From positions 33,799 through 79,490 of the forward strand of contig MGCQ01000009.1 in NCBI GenBank assembly GCA_001790445.1: a stretch of DNA of 45,692 nucleotides. Direction: 5' to 3'. This document shows, piece by piece, positions 36,418-44,850 of the stretch. The translations under genes and the position numbers were made by a program. How positions within the stretch are numbered: position 1 is the stretch's first letter; each line of letters begins with the position of its first letter. Source of the stretch: Candidatus Saccharibacteria bacterium RIFCSPHIGHO2_12_FULL_41_12. GTDB lineage: Bacteria > Patescibacteriota > Saccharimonadia > Saccharimonadales > 2-12-FULL-41-12. Under the pieces are notes generated by a model. The model ran no database searches, was not told the origin of the DNA, and worked only from the letters and a program-made list of their open reading frames with translations.

Positions 36418-36912
36418 TTATTTAACTCGGTACCCAAAAACACACCACGAGCCACTGCTTTTTAAGAGATCTACTTCCAGTGACTTGTTGGGAGACAAGG
36501 GACCTATTTCGCCCTTAAGTCGAGCCTGGTTGTTCCTAATTTGCACATCATCCAATTTTATAGCTGCTAAGTCTAGGGTGTAGATGCTCTGTGTGGCAAC
36601 TACTTTATCAAATTCAGCTTGTGAAGTATTTTGTTTAAATTCACTGCATGTTACTTCGTAAGCTTTGCTAACTTGCTTATTTTTGATAAGAGTAAAATGC
36701 TCACTGGCTGCAGCTCTTGCAGCGTCTTCGTCTGAGTTTTGGGTTGGCTTAGTCGATTGCTGTGGCTCTGTGCTCGTAGATGTTGTTTGGGAATTGTTCG
36801 TTGATTTTTTTGTTTTTGTATAGACTAGATAACTGGCTCCCACAATTATAGCAAGAACCACTACACCCAGTATTATCAAATGAGTGGCACCATTTTGATT
36901 AAGTTTTTTCAT
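36418..36912 (-). CDS. N-terminally anchored secreted hypothetical protein
   Basis: MKKLNQNGATHLIILGVVVLAIIVGASYLVY, then a Ser/Thr/Gln linker and a ~100-aa domain. The N-terminal design is the same as in the 34040 gene. Confidence 0.6.
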   Translation of the reverse strand: MKKLNQNGATHLIILGVVVLAIIVGASYLVYTKTKKSTNNSQTTSTSTEPQQSTKPTQNSDEDAARAAASEHFTLIKNKQVSKAYEVTCSEFKQNTSQAEFDKVVATQSIYTLDLAAIKLDDVQIRNNQARLKGEIGPLSPNKSLEVDLLKSSGSWCVFGYRVK

Positions 36913-37078
36913 AATAATTTAAGCATAAGCGTAAATGGAATTATTTGCAATATTAAGAAACTTCTTTTTTATAGAGTTCAAAATGTTTGAGGTAGTGGGA
37001 ATATAATAAATAGGAATCTAGTCTGTGGGGGTAGTGTGTTGGAAGTTGCTTATCAAATTGGGTAAGTTGCTGACTTTT

Positions 37079-37825
37079 CTAGCTGCTTAAAATGGGGCTA
37101 TCGAGGAACTTTCCAACGATCTGATTAACTTCGTCAATGATTTCTGGGTGTAGGCGGTAATCGTGTTCTGTGTTTAGTTCGTGAATCGTTTTGGGCTCTG
37201 CTGATACGTCATACATATGTTGCACAAATTCTGGTTTAGATAACTCATCTTTTGAACCGTAGAAAAATAATTTTGGTTTTGTGCAGGTTTTTAAACCCTC
37301 TAGAGCATTGTACTTTTCACTATCTTCAAAGTAATGATAAGGCAAAACAAAGCGTTTTTGTTCTTTTGTTCTGGTTGTGCCAGGTGGTAGGTCACGATAA
37401 GAAGTATTTGGCTCACCGGGGACTGGCGCGTCTACGTCAATAGGGCCCCCAGGGGACGAATTAACAGATATCATATGTGTGACATGTGGGTTTTTCGGTC
37501 CAGCTAACATGGTGACTGTGCCGCCTCTACTATGCCCCATGAGCAAGGTTGGCTTATTGCCAAAATATTCAATCAGCTCATTGACAGCCTTGATGTAATT
37601 GGTGGTGCTGTAGAGCCCAAGTCCACCAGGGCTATCCCACGAACCTGGCGGGTCAAAAGACAAGGCAAAATAATCCCGAGAGGCAAGATACTTAATATGA
37701 CTCGGATTTTGGGCGTAGTCTTTGGTGTCAAGTCGCCCGGGGATAACAATAGCCAGTTTCGAGGCGTTTTTGTCCCCCTGGCTAATTATTGCCAGCTCAA
37801 AACTTTTAGTTTTGATTATTCGCAT
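37079..37825 (-). CDS. Alpha/beta-hydrolase fold protein
   Basis: 248 aa with the nucleophile elbow GHSRGG and a C-terminal His-containing region (NTEHDYRLH). Confidence 0.8.
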   Translation of the reverse strand: MRIIKTKSFELAIISQGDKNASKLAIVIPGRLDTKDYAQNPSHIKYLASRDYFALSFDPPGSWDSPGGLGLYSTTNYIKAVNELIEYFGNKPTLLMGHSRGGTVTMLAGPKNPHVTHMISVNSSPGGPIDVDAPVPGEPNTSYRDLPPGTTRTKEQKRFVLPYHYFEDSEKYNALEGLKTCTKPKLFFYGSKDELSKPEFVQHMYDVSAEPKTIHELNTEHDYRLHPEIIDEVNQIVGKFLDSPILSS

Positions 37826-37894
37826 AGTTATATCATATCAAAAGTAAATAAAAAGTGCCTCAAAATAGAGAGACATTAAGCATGAGCAAAATGA

Positions 37895-38155
37895 TTAGGC
37901 GACTAATCTAATCTCTTGGTCCAAGGCTTGTCCACCCATCGACTGCAACGCGTCAGGAGAACGATCACGAAATGATTCCCTCAAATCATCATCAAGTGCG
38001 GGTTGTAATTCATGTCCTGAGAGAACTGGTACTTCTCCAAGAGTGCCGAGTATGTTTTCTTCAACAGCTCTACTAGCCCCAGCTATATCTACCCATGGTA
38101 TTCGAGGGTCTGGTTTTTTATCGTAGTCACAGTCATGTCGATGAGTTTTTCCCAT
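37895..38155 (-). CDS. Small acidic hypothetical protein (86 aa)
   Basis: I take MGKTHRHDCDYDKKPDPRIPWVD... as the start (ATG complement 38153-38155). The longer track ORF, reaching 38251, has an implausible N-terminus. No family recognised. Confidence 0.45.
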   Translation of the reverse strand: MGKTHRHDCDYDKKPDPRIPWVDIAGASRAVEENILGTLGEVPVLSGHELQPALDDDLRESFRDRSPDALQSMGGQALDQEIRLVA

Positions 38156-38261
38156 AATAATGCCAAGTATATCAGACGAAACATATAAGGTAAATTGTTT
38201 AAGGTTTTTGGATTTAGTCCAGACTCTGTAACAAATAATAAATCCCAGCATAAGGCTGAGA

Positions 38262-38287
38262 TATTTTACTTGGTAGGGGGCAGGGGC
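38262..38287 (-). repeat. Degenerate copy A of the 3' end of the tRNA at 38601-38675, plus a few downstream nucleotides
   Basis: The minus strand reads CCCCTGCCCCCTACCAAGTAAAAT. At the tRNA 3' end it reads CCTGCCCCCGCTACCAAGAAAAGT. Confidence 0.6.
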
Positions 38288-38356
38288 TGCCTACGGCAAT
38301 CCGCTCCTTGTTCGAAACAAATACTTCGTGCTTGTTTCTCACTGTGTCGTTTGCGC

Positions 38357-38399
38357 GTTCCTGCGACTATCGTCAGTTAAAGCTGTCGAGTCGCAGAAC
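38357..38399. other. 43-nt near-perfect hairpin/palindrome
   Basis: GTTCCTGCGACTATCGTCAG - TTAAAG - CTGTCGAGTCGCAGAAC gives about 17 bp with small bulges. It lies between the two G-rich repeat copies. Confidence 0.55.
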
Positions 38400-38436
38400 C
38401 GAGTCAACACCAGTACCAAAATAAAAATATCTGAGA

Positions 38437-38448
38437 GGGGGCAGGGGC
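38437..38448 (-). repeat. Copy B of the GGGGGCAGGGGC box
   Basis: The 12-mer is identical to 38276-38287. The adjacent ~20 nt (TACCAAAATAAAAATATCTGAG) is an inverted version of the sequence preceding copy A (CTGAGATATTTTACTTGGTA). Confidence 0.55.
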
Positions 38449-38564
38449 GACGCTTCGATGACATTATATTTCGGCAGGCTTCATATTATGTCATCGGCTC
38501 CAAACTGTAAAATATAAATTTGACAGTTAACGAACCTTTTTGACTCGAATCTTGTCTCCGTTCC

Positions 38565-38592
38565 AAGAAAAATACCCGTCGCAAGGACGGGC
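38565..38592 (-). terminator. Rho-independent terminator downstream of the tRNA
   Basis: The minus strand reads CCCGTC-CTTGC-GACGGG followed by TATTTTTCTT. Confidence 0.65.
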
Positions 38593-38600
38593 ACTTTTCT

Positions 38601-38675
38601 TGGTAGCGGGGGCAGGACTCGAACCTGCGACCTTGTGGTTATGAGCCACACGAGCTGCCGCTGCTCTACCCCGCA
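38601..38675 (-). tRNA. Initiator-like tRNA-Met (CAU)
   Basis: The reverse complement is TGCGGGGTAGAGCAGCGGCAGCTCGTGTGGCTCATAACCACAAGGTCGCAGGTTCGAGTCCTGCCCCCGCTACCA. It has a 1:72 mismatch (U-U). The GAGCAGC...GCTC D arm and the acceptor and T arms closely resemble E. coli tRNA-fMet as I recall it. CCA is encoded. Confidence 0.85.
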
Positions 38676-38816
38676 ACAGTCCATAAGACAAACCTACGGT
38701 TTTTCTCATCGCGCCGGGCGCAAAATAAATTTGGACGCCCAAGGCTGCTCTTTTCCCTCAGCAGCGCACGATAAAGGAAACTAAATTGTATCAAACAGAG
38801 GTAAAAAAGTCAAACC

Positions 38817-39890
38817 TCAGGCAGCATTCGGAAGCCCAGGATCAGGTTTTGGTGTTGGTCTGTCAGACAAGCTTCTTTTTGGTGGCACACAGGAAGCAGT
38901 CGGGTCTTTAGCTCGTCTTTTATCAAAATGTGTTCGTGTTTCGTGACCTATTCCATTTTCTTCTCTTGATTCCCAACCATAAGGCGCTTTATCTTTGTAA
39001 TGGTGGGCTTGGTCCCAAGCGCGTGGGCTACTAGCAAGCGGACATGTTGGATTGTCGGGACATACCTGACAAGCTTGCATTATCTCAGAGATAAATAATT
39101 TGAATTTATCTCTCTCATTACTTTCTCGTTTTTCCCTAAGTCTTGGGTTGCCACGCTGGGCAAGTGCCTTGGCACGGTTTCTTGCATTTAAGGCAATAAT
39201 TGCCTTATCAAGATGTTCATTTCTTTTTTCATAAAGAAATTCAACTTCTTCGTCTACGAAAGGAACATTCAAAGATGCCATGCCGGACCCATCAATCACT
39301 ATAGGTTTGGTTTCCTCGTTTTTTGATATGGCGATTTCATCTTTCTCAGGGTTGCAATGAGCCTTTGGATTTGGCACAACTCTCACAATCATTACATTCA
39401 TAGGCTCTTTCTCGCCAATAATACCAAATTTAGCACTTTCTGTTAGTTGAGGATGAACGTCTTGCATTCCTTCCCAACCTTTACCCTTAATCTCATCACA
39501 ATCATCTTGTCTGGGACAAGAGACACAAGCTTGTTCCATAAAATTATCTCTGAGAGCTTGATCTCGTTTGATTTCTCGGAGGAGAGCGCCCCGTTCGTCA
39601 GGGGGTACAGTAGCTAATCTTGCTATTTTGGGACTTAGACCTATCCCAACGCGGAGCATATGAACAAGGTTTGTAACTCTTGAAATATGGTCGTAGCTGT
39701 CAGATGCTTCTGTTTGAGTTTCATCCATTGGGACGTCTTCAGGAACAGTTTCAAAAAACACTTTGTCAGGGAAAACTCCCAAGACTCTATAGGTCGCCTC
39801 AAAACGGCTCATAGTACCACCTTCGACGTACCTGTTGATTTTTTCTATATTTGCAGCAGAAGGGACTACTCCACCTGTTGGTATTTCCAT
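38817..39890 (-). CDS. Orphan 357-aa soluble protein with a duplicated QAC-x2-CP-x4-C motif
   Basis: Long ORF behind a near-consensus promoter. EQACVSCPRQDDC...W...H and MQACQVCPDNPTC...W...HH are two copies of one Cys motif, and the C-terminus is basic and Pro-rich. No family recognised. Confidence 0.75.
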   Translation of the reverse strand: MEIPTGGVVPSAANIEKINRYVEGGTMSRFEATYRVLGVFPDKVFFETVPEDVPMDETQTEASDSYDHISRVTNLVHMLRVGIGLSPKIARLATVPPDERGALLREIKRDQALRDNFMEQACVSCPRQDDCDEIKGKGWEGMQDVHPQLTESAKFGIIGEKEPMNVMIVRVVPNPKAHCNPEKDEIAISKNEETKPIVIDGSGMASLNVPFVDEEVEFLYEKRNEHLDKAIIALNARNRAKALAQRGNPRLREKRESNERDKFKLFISEIMQACQVCPDNPTCPLASSPRAWDQAHHYKDKAPYGWESREENGIGHETRTHFDKRRAKDPTASCVPPKRSLSDRPTPKPDPGLPNAA

Positions 39891-39896
39891 GTTTAT

Positions 39897-39925
39897 ATTA
39901 TATGATATTTGTCAAAATTTGTAAA
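39897..39925 (-). promoter_or_regulatory. Near-consensus sigma70-type promoter driving a leaderless start
   Basis: On the minus strand, TTTACA (39925-39920) is followed by a 17-nt spacer and TATAAT (39902-39897). ATG 39890 lies 6 nt further on. Confidence 0.55.
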
Positions 39926-40044
39926 TATTTAGTAAATATTATTTCATTTATTTGAAATGGAGGAAAAATAACAGTAAGTTCGACATGAATTAAAAAGAAT
40001 TCAAACAATATTTAATTTGCCTGAATTCTAAGTTTATTCTAACG

Positions 40045-40121
40045 TGGTAGCAGGGGCGAGATTTGAACTCGCGACCTCAGGCTTATGAGTCCTGCGCTCT
40101 AACCAACTGAGCTACCCTGCC
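40045..40121 (-). tRNA. Elongator-like tRNA-Met (CAU)
   Basis: The reverse complement is GGCAGGGTAGCTCAGTTGGTTAGAGCGCAGGACTCATAAGCCTGAGGTCGCGAGTTCAAATCTCGCCCCTGCTACCA. The D arm is identical to E. coli metT as I recall it. CCA is encoded. There is one A-G mismatch at the base of the anticodon stem. Confidence 0.85.
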
Positions 40122-40137
40122 ACACTGAATACGCGCC

Positions 40138-40180
40138 ACACTTTCCTGCTTTCTGGCTGAGCCAGAAACACCGAAAGTGT
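40138..40180. other. Compound hairpin immediately 5' of the tRNA gene
   Basis: ACACTTTC/GAAAGTGT forms an outer 8-bp stem and TTTCTGGC/GCCAGAAA an inner 8-bp stem, separated by a 4x4 internal loop. On the plus strand a T-rich tract follows (TCTTGGTCTATTTTTGGTTTGTTTG). Confidence 0.5.
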
Positions 40181-40364
40181 TCTTGGTCTATTTTTGGTTT
40201 GTTTGATCCAGTGCTCACGCACAGTACCAAAGTACTGCTTGTTCCGCTCTTCACAAACGCACCAAACTAGACTCAAGCGCGAATCCAGTGCCAGCAAGTG
40301 TGTAACAGATGAAATTATAGCGTAAATCTTTGGTTTTAACAACAAAAGATTCTAAAATAAAGGT

Positions 40365-41219
40365 ATGGAGATTGAAGTTAAACCAGGAAAGTATATTGTT
40401 GCGGTTAGTGGCGGGGTGGATTCGGTAGTACTTTTGGATTTGCTCGTTCAATGCAAGGAGCTAGAGTTAGTAGTGGCGCATTTTGATCACGGGATTCGAC
40501 CTGATTCAAACCTTGACCAGAGGTTTGTAAAAGATTTGGCCAAAAAGTATAATCTTGAATTTGCTAGTGAAAAAGGTAATCTCGGCGAAAACGCCAGCGA
40601 AGAAAAAGCCAGAAATGCCCGCTACGAATTTCTGCACCGAGCGGGCAAAGAAAATCATGCAGACGTAGTTATCACAGCCCACCATCAAGACGATATGCTC
40701 GAGACCGCTTTGATCAATCTGTCCCGTGGTACGGGTAGAAAGGGGCTTAGCTCTCTTGATTCGGGCAACAAAATACTGCGTCCGCTACTGGGCTTTACAA
40801 AAAACCAGATTATCGATTATGCCAAAAAAAAGAATCTGCAGTGGCGAGAAGACAGCACCAACCAAAGTGACAAATATATGCGAAATCGCATTCGTAAAAA
40901 ACTCGCAGAAGCTGACCCACAGCACAAATCTGATCTGCTGGATCTGCTTCACGCAACAAAGCACAGCAATCGGGAAATTGATCAAATACTCCAGCTAATG
41001 CTCAGACCAGAGTTGCCCAAAAAGTACCTGCTTGAGCTGGACCATAACGCATCGAAGGAGCTTCTGGCCCAATGGCTGAGAATGCACGGGATACAGTTTG
41101 ACAAACAACTTATCGAGCAATTAATTGTCAAAGCTCATACAGGACGTGTGGGTAGTGTGTTTGTGCTCAAAAAAGATGCAAAAGTTCAAATAGACAAGCA
41201 ATGCCTCCGCGTCGTATAA
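40365..41219 (+). CDS. tilS: tRNA(Ile)-lysidine synthase, short form
   Basis: PP-loop SGGVDSVVLLDLL, with HFDHGIRPDS and AHHQDD motifs. 284 aa, so it lacks the long C-terminal domain. Confidence 0.9.
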   Translation: MEIEVKPGKYIVAVSGGVDSVVLLDLLVQCKELELVVAHFDHGIRPDSNLDQRFVKDLAKKYNLEFASEKGNLGENASEEKARNARYEFLHRAGKENHADVVITAHHQDDMLETALINLSRGTGRKGLSSLDSGNKILRPLLGFTKNQIIDYAKKKNLQWREDSTNQSDKYMRNRIRKKLAEADPQHKSDLLDLLHATKHSNREIDQILQLMLRPELPKKYLLELDHNASKELLAQWLRMHGIQFDKQLIEQLIVKAHTGRVGSVFVLKKDAKVQIDKQCLRVV

Positions 41220-41231
41220 TGCACATACAAT

Positions 41232-43115
41232 ATGGTGAAAAATAAGTTTAAAATACCAGACCTCAACAAATCGGGGGGCAAGAAAAGCAAAAATTCGCAT
41301 TTTAAAAATGTTGGATTTGTCGCGCTGATTTTGTTATTCGCTTTGATAGTGGTCAGTGCATATGCCAAACCAGCTAGCCTTAAAACTGTGGCTTTTTCTG
41401 ACGTAATTAAGCGCGCTAACAGTGGTGATGTTAAAAAATTAGAGCTTAAAGGGGACAGTATAGATGTCACAGTAAAAGACAGTGATAAAGCTACGGAAAA
41501 ATCACGCAAAGAATCTGGTTCAAGCATTTACGAGCAAGGTCTTAACAAAGATGCGCCTGTAGAAGTCGTCAATAAGCCAGAATCCAACAGCGGGGCAATA
41601 TGGACAAATGTGCTACTTAGCCTTTTACCGATTGTTATTATCACCATGGTGCTGATTTATATGATGCGCAGTGCACAGGGGCAAGGGACTCAGGCGATGA
41701 GCTTTGGCAAGAGCAAAGCGCGACTCTATGGTAATGAAAAAGACAAAGTTTTGTTCAAAGACATCGCTGGTTCAAAAGAGTCCAAGCAAGACCTAGAAGA
41801 AGTTGTAGATTTTTTAAAGCACCCCAAGAAATTTGAAGACGTTGGGGCAAAAATACCAAAAGGCGTTCTGCTGATTGGTCCTCCGGGAACAGGTAAGACT
41901 ATGCTAGCCAGAGCAGTAGCTGGTGAAGCTGCAGTGCCGTTTTTTAGCATTTCTGGTTCTGAATTTGTCGAGATGTTCGTGGGAGTTGGCGCCAGCCGGG
42001 TGCGTGATTTGTTCTCAAAGGCCAAGAAGAACGCACCATGCATAATTTTTGTTGACGAGATTGACGCAGTTGGGCGCCGTCGTGGTTCTGGTATGGGTGG
42101 TGGTCATGATGAGCGTGAGCAGACACTTAACCAAATTCTTGTAGAGATGGATGGTTTCGAACAAGGTCAAAACGTGATTGTGCTTGCTGCTACCAACAGA
42201 GGTGATGTGCTTGATCCGGCGTTGCTCCGTCCTGGAAGATTTGATAGACGGGTCAATATTGGTTTGCCTGATCGTAAAGATCGTGAAGCAATTTTGAAAG
42301 TGCACTTTGAGAAGAAACCTCTGGCAAAAAATGTAGATATAGACGCGCTTGCCGCCAAGACCGCCGGTAGCTCTGGGGCAGATCTTGCCAATATCACCAA
42401 CGAAGCTGCGATACTAGCAGCTCGCAAAAACCAAAAAGAAATTAGTAGTGATGTGGTCACTGAAGCCTTTGAAAAAGTTGCCATTGGTCCAGAACGCAAA
42501 GGCAAGGTCATGAGTGACCACGAAAAAGAGATGACTGCATATCACGAAGCAGGCCATGCAATAGTCGGGCATGTGCTGCCAGACAGTGATTTGGTCCACA
42601 AGGTAACAATCATCCCCCGTGGTGGGGCTGGTGGCGTGACTTGGTTTATTCCTCCAGAAGACAAAAGTTACCACAGTATTATTGAATACAAGGATGTTTT
42701 GGGGAGGATGTTAGGCGGGCGAATCGCCGAAGAAATAGTTTATGGCAAAGACCGAGTAACAACAGGTGCAGGTAATGATCTGCAAAAGGCCGCAGAGCTA
42801 GCCCGCGATATGGTCATTAACCAAGGTATGGGCACAAAGTTGCGTGATCAAGTTTTTCAGGTAGAATCTGGCATGATGTTTGACAGGATGACTCACGAAA
42901 GACAATATTCTGAGGATACAGCCAAAATCATCGATGATGAAGTAGAGGCATTAATCACTGAAGCTGCCGAACGTGCCAGGGCAGTTATTAACGCAAACAA
43001 GGGTTATCTAGAAAAACTTAAAGACGTGTTGATCGAAAAAGAAACAGTCGAAGCAGAAGAAGTGCTGAAAATTTTTGAAGGCTCACACGTTCCCAAATCC
43101 GCTACTCTTTATTAA
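41232..43115 (+). CDS. ftsH: ATP-dependent zinc metalloprotease FtsH
   Basis: Two TM helices, AAA+ Walker A GPPGTGKT, Walker [13 protein letters not shown] region and the HEAGHA zinc site. Confidence 0.97.
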   Translation: MVKNKFKIPDLNKSGGKKSKNSHFKNVGFVALILLFALIVVSAYAKPASLKTVAFSDVIKRANSGDVKKLELKGDSIDVTVKDSDKATEKSRKESGSSIYEQGLNKDAPVEVVNKPESNSGAIWTNVLLSLLPIVIITMVLIYMMRSAQGQGTQAMSFGKSKARLYGNEKDKVLFKDIAGSKESKQDLEEVVDFLKHPKKFEDVGAKIPKGVLLIGPPGTGKTMLARAVAGEAAVPFFSISGSEFVEMFVGVGASRVRDLFSKAKKNAPCIIFVDEIDAVGRRRGSGMGGGHDEREQTLNQILVEMDGFEQGQNVIVLAATNRGDVLDPALLRPGRFDRRVNIGLPDRKDREAILKVHFEKKPLAKNVDIDALAAKTAGSSGADLANITNEAAILAARKNQKEISSDVVTEAFEKVAIGPERKGKVMSDHEKEMTAYHEAGHAIVGHVLPDSDLVHKVTIIPRGGAGGVTWFIPPEDKSYHSIIEYKDVLGRMLGGRIAEEIVYGKDRVTTGAGNDLQKAAELARDMVINQGMGTKLRDQVFQVESGMMFDRMTHERQYSEDTAKIIDDEVEALITEAAERARAVINANKGYLEKLKDVLIEKETVEAEEVLKIFEGSHVPKSATLY

Positions 43116-43254
43116 ACTATATTTTTCAAATATTGATCTGTAAAAATGATAGTTTTAGAGTATAATATTAATCAGTGAGTCCCGTTAGAATTTATCGGGG
43201 ATAAAAAATGATATATGTACAGGAAAGTATACCTAGGAATGGAATTCTAAAGGG

Positions 43255-44850
43255 ATGAATAGATTATTTAAACGAGCTAACAAACGAATAAGTTTGGGCA
43301 ATGCCGCAGCATTGCTTGTTGTGACCACCATGTTGGGGCAAGTCTTGGGGTTGCTCAGAATTAAGCTTGTCAACGCAAACTTCTCTGCAATCGGTCCCGA
43401 AAGCACCGATGCTTACTTTGCTGCGTTTAAAATTCCTGACTTGGTGTTTTTTGCCCTTGCCGCCGGTGCGCTTGGCGTGGCGTTTATGCCATTTTTGGCA
43501 GATCGCCTGGCAAAAAATGATAAAAAGGGAATTTGGGAACTAAGTAACAGCTTACTCAATCTTCTTGCCATAGTTATGGCTATAGTCGGAGTTATTATAT
43601 TTGTTTTTGCCGATCAGTTAATCCACTATATTGTCGCCCCGGACTTAAGCTCAGAACAACTTCATAACGCCGCGACTATCATGCGCCTAGTCGCCTTTAA
43701 TCCGCTAATATTTACAATTTCCGGAATTTTTACAAGTGTCCAGCAGGTTTTTGGCAGGTTCTTTTTCTTTGCAATTGCTCCGCTTATATATAACACTTCA
43801 ATAATACTTAGCATCTTTATTTTCAAAGATAGTTTGGGTTTGGTTGGGCTTGGCGTAGGGGCGCTTGTTGGAGCTTTATTGCAACTCGTGATTGTTCTCG
43901 GTGGATTTTTCGGTCTAGGCTATTCGTTCAAAGCCAGAATTAATTTCAAAAACATGGAATTCAGACAAATACTGAGGCAATTGCCACCAAGAGCAATTGA
44001 CCAAGGTGTTGACTCAATTAACAGTATAGTAGAAACGAACTTTGCTCGTAGGCTGGGTGAGGGATACTTGAGCTACTACGAAAACGCCTACGTTCTTTAT
44101 ATAGCACCAACATTACTGGTAGGTACGACAATAGCTACTGCTGCCTTCCCTAGGTTGAATGATCGGTTAGCACAAAATAGAAGCGATCTTTTCAGAAAAG
44201 AATTTTTGCAAGTTCTCAGAGTAATATTTTGGTTGATTATGCCTGTGGCAATAATTATGTATTTCACCAGAGGGTATCTGGCTAGATTGATTTTTTCAAG
44301 AGATTCCCCAGAGATAGCCTTGATACTTGGATTCTTTGTAGGCGCAATAATTTTTAGGACAATATATATAATTGTTTCGCGTTGGTTTTATTCCCATAAA
44401 GACACAAAAACGCCTCTGTTTGTCTCTCTTTTTGCTATTGCGATAAACATCATCCTGGCCTATTTACTATCTCGTCCTCATCCGATAGGGTACGGCGTAG
44501 AAGGTTTGGCCATGGCTCAATCTATTGTAGCTTTTGTGGAAGTTTTGATACTTATGACAGTTATGTTTATACGTGATCACAAATTATTGAACGCAGAATT
44601 TTGGGATGGAATTGTCAAGATTATAGCTGTGTCTGGATTCACGGTTATAGCTACCTACATGATGGTTTCAATATTCCCACTACTGACGACAGATACAGGA
44701 TTTTTCAAACTTGGGTCTAAATTGCTGGCAATTGCGTTAGTGTCGTCCCTAGTTTATCTTTTGATGTCTGTAGCTTTGGGACTGAGTGAAGTCCAACCAA
44801 TAGTCAAAAAAGTTAAAGCTATTATTCTAAAACCAATCAAAATCCAATGA
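43255..44850 (+). CDS. murJ: Lipid II flippase MurJ/MviN
   Basis: 531 aa and about 14 TM helices, with an N-terminus typical of MurJ ([20 protein letters not shown]...[12 protein letters not shown]). Confidence 0.88.
   Translation: MNRLFKRANKRISLGNAAALLVVTTMLGQVLGLLRIKLVNANFSAIGPESTDAYFAAFKIPDLVFFALAAGALGVAFMPFLADRLAKNDKKGIWELSNSLLNLLAIVMAIVGVIIFVFADQLIHYIVAPDLSSEQLHNAATIMRLVAFNPLIFTISGIFTSVQQVFGRFFFFAIAPLIYNTSIILSIFIFKDSLGLVGLGVGALVGALLQLVIVLGGFFGLGYSFKARINFKNMEFRQILRQLPPRAIDQGVDSINSIVETNFARRLGEGYLSYYENAYVLYIAPTLLVGTTIATAAFPRLNDRLAQNRSDLFRKEFLQVLRVIFWLIMPVAIIMYFTRGYLARLIFSRDSPEIALILGFFVGAIIFRTIYIIVSRWFYSHKDTKTPLFVSLFAIAINIILAYLLSRPHPIGYGVEGLAMAQSIVAFVEVLILMTVMFIRDHKLLNAEFWDGIVKIIAVSGFTVIATYMMVSIFPLLTTDTGFFKLGSKLLAIALVSSLVYLLMSVALGLSEVQPIVKKVKAIILKPIKIQ

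Noticed and set aside
38271-38460. tmRNA (ssrA), standard or permuted, suggested by a GGGGGCAGGGGCGACGCTTCGATGAC 5'-like end and a ...CCCCCTACCA 3'-like end.
   Set aside because: The acceptor-like halves lie on opposite strands. There is no proper T-arm (only a 3-nt loop) and no G-U alanine identity pair. I found no tag reading frame, and a plus-strand version would run through the tRNA gene.
38195-38742. Four track ORFs (38195..38380, 38328..38510, 38481..38684, 38527..38742).
   Set aside because: They overlap the tRNA gene, its terminator and the repeat/hairpin region on both strands. None has a plausible start context.
40220-40300. SRP (4.5S) RNA, suggested by the minus-strand GUGAAGAGCGGAACAAGCAG, which resembles the GGAA tetraloop and AGCAG motif.
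   Set aside because: The residues flanking GGAA cannot form the closing base pairs of helix 8, and the symmetric-loop consensus is not met.
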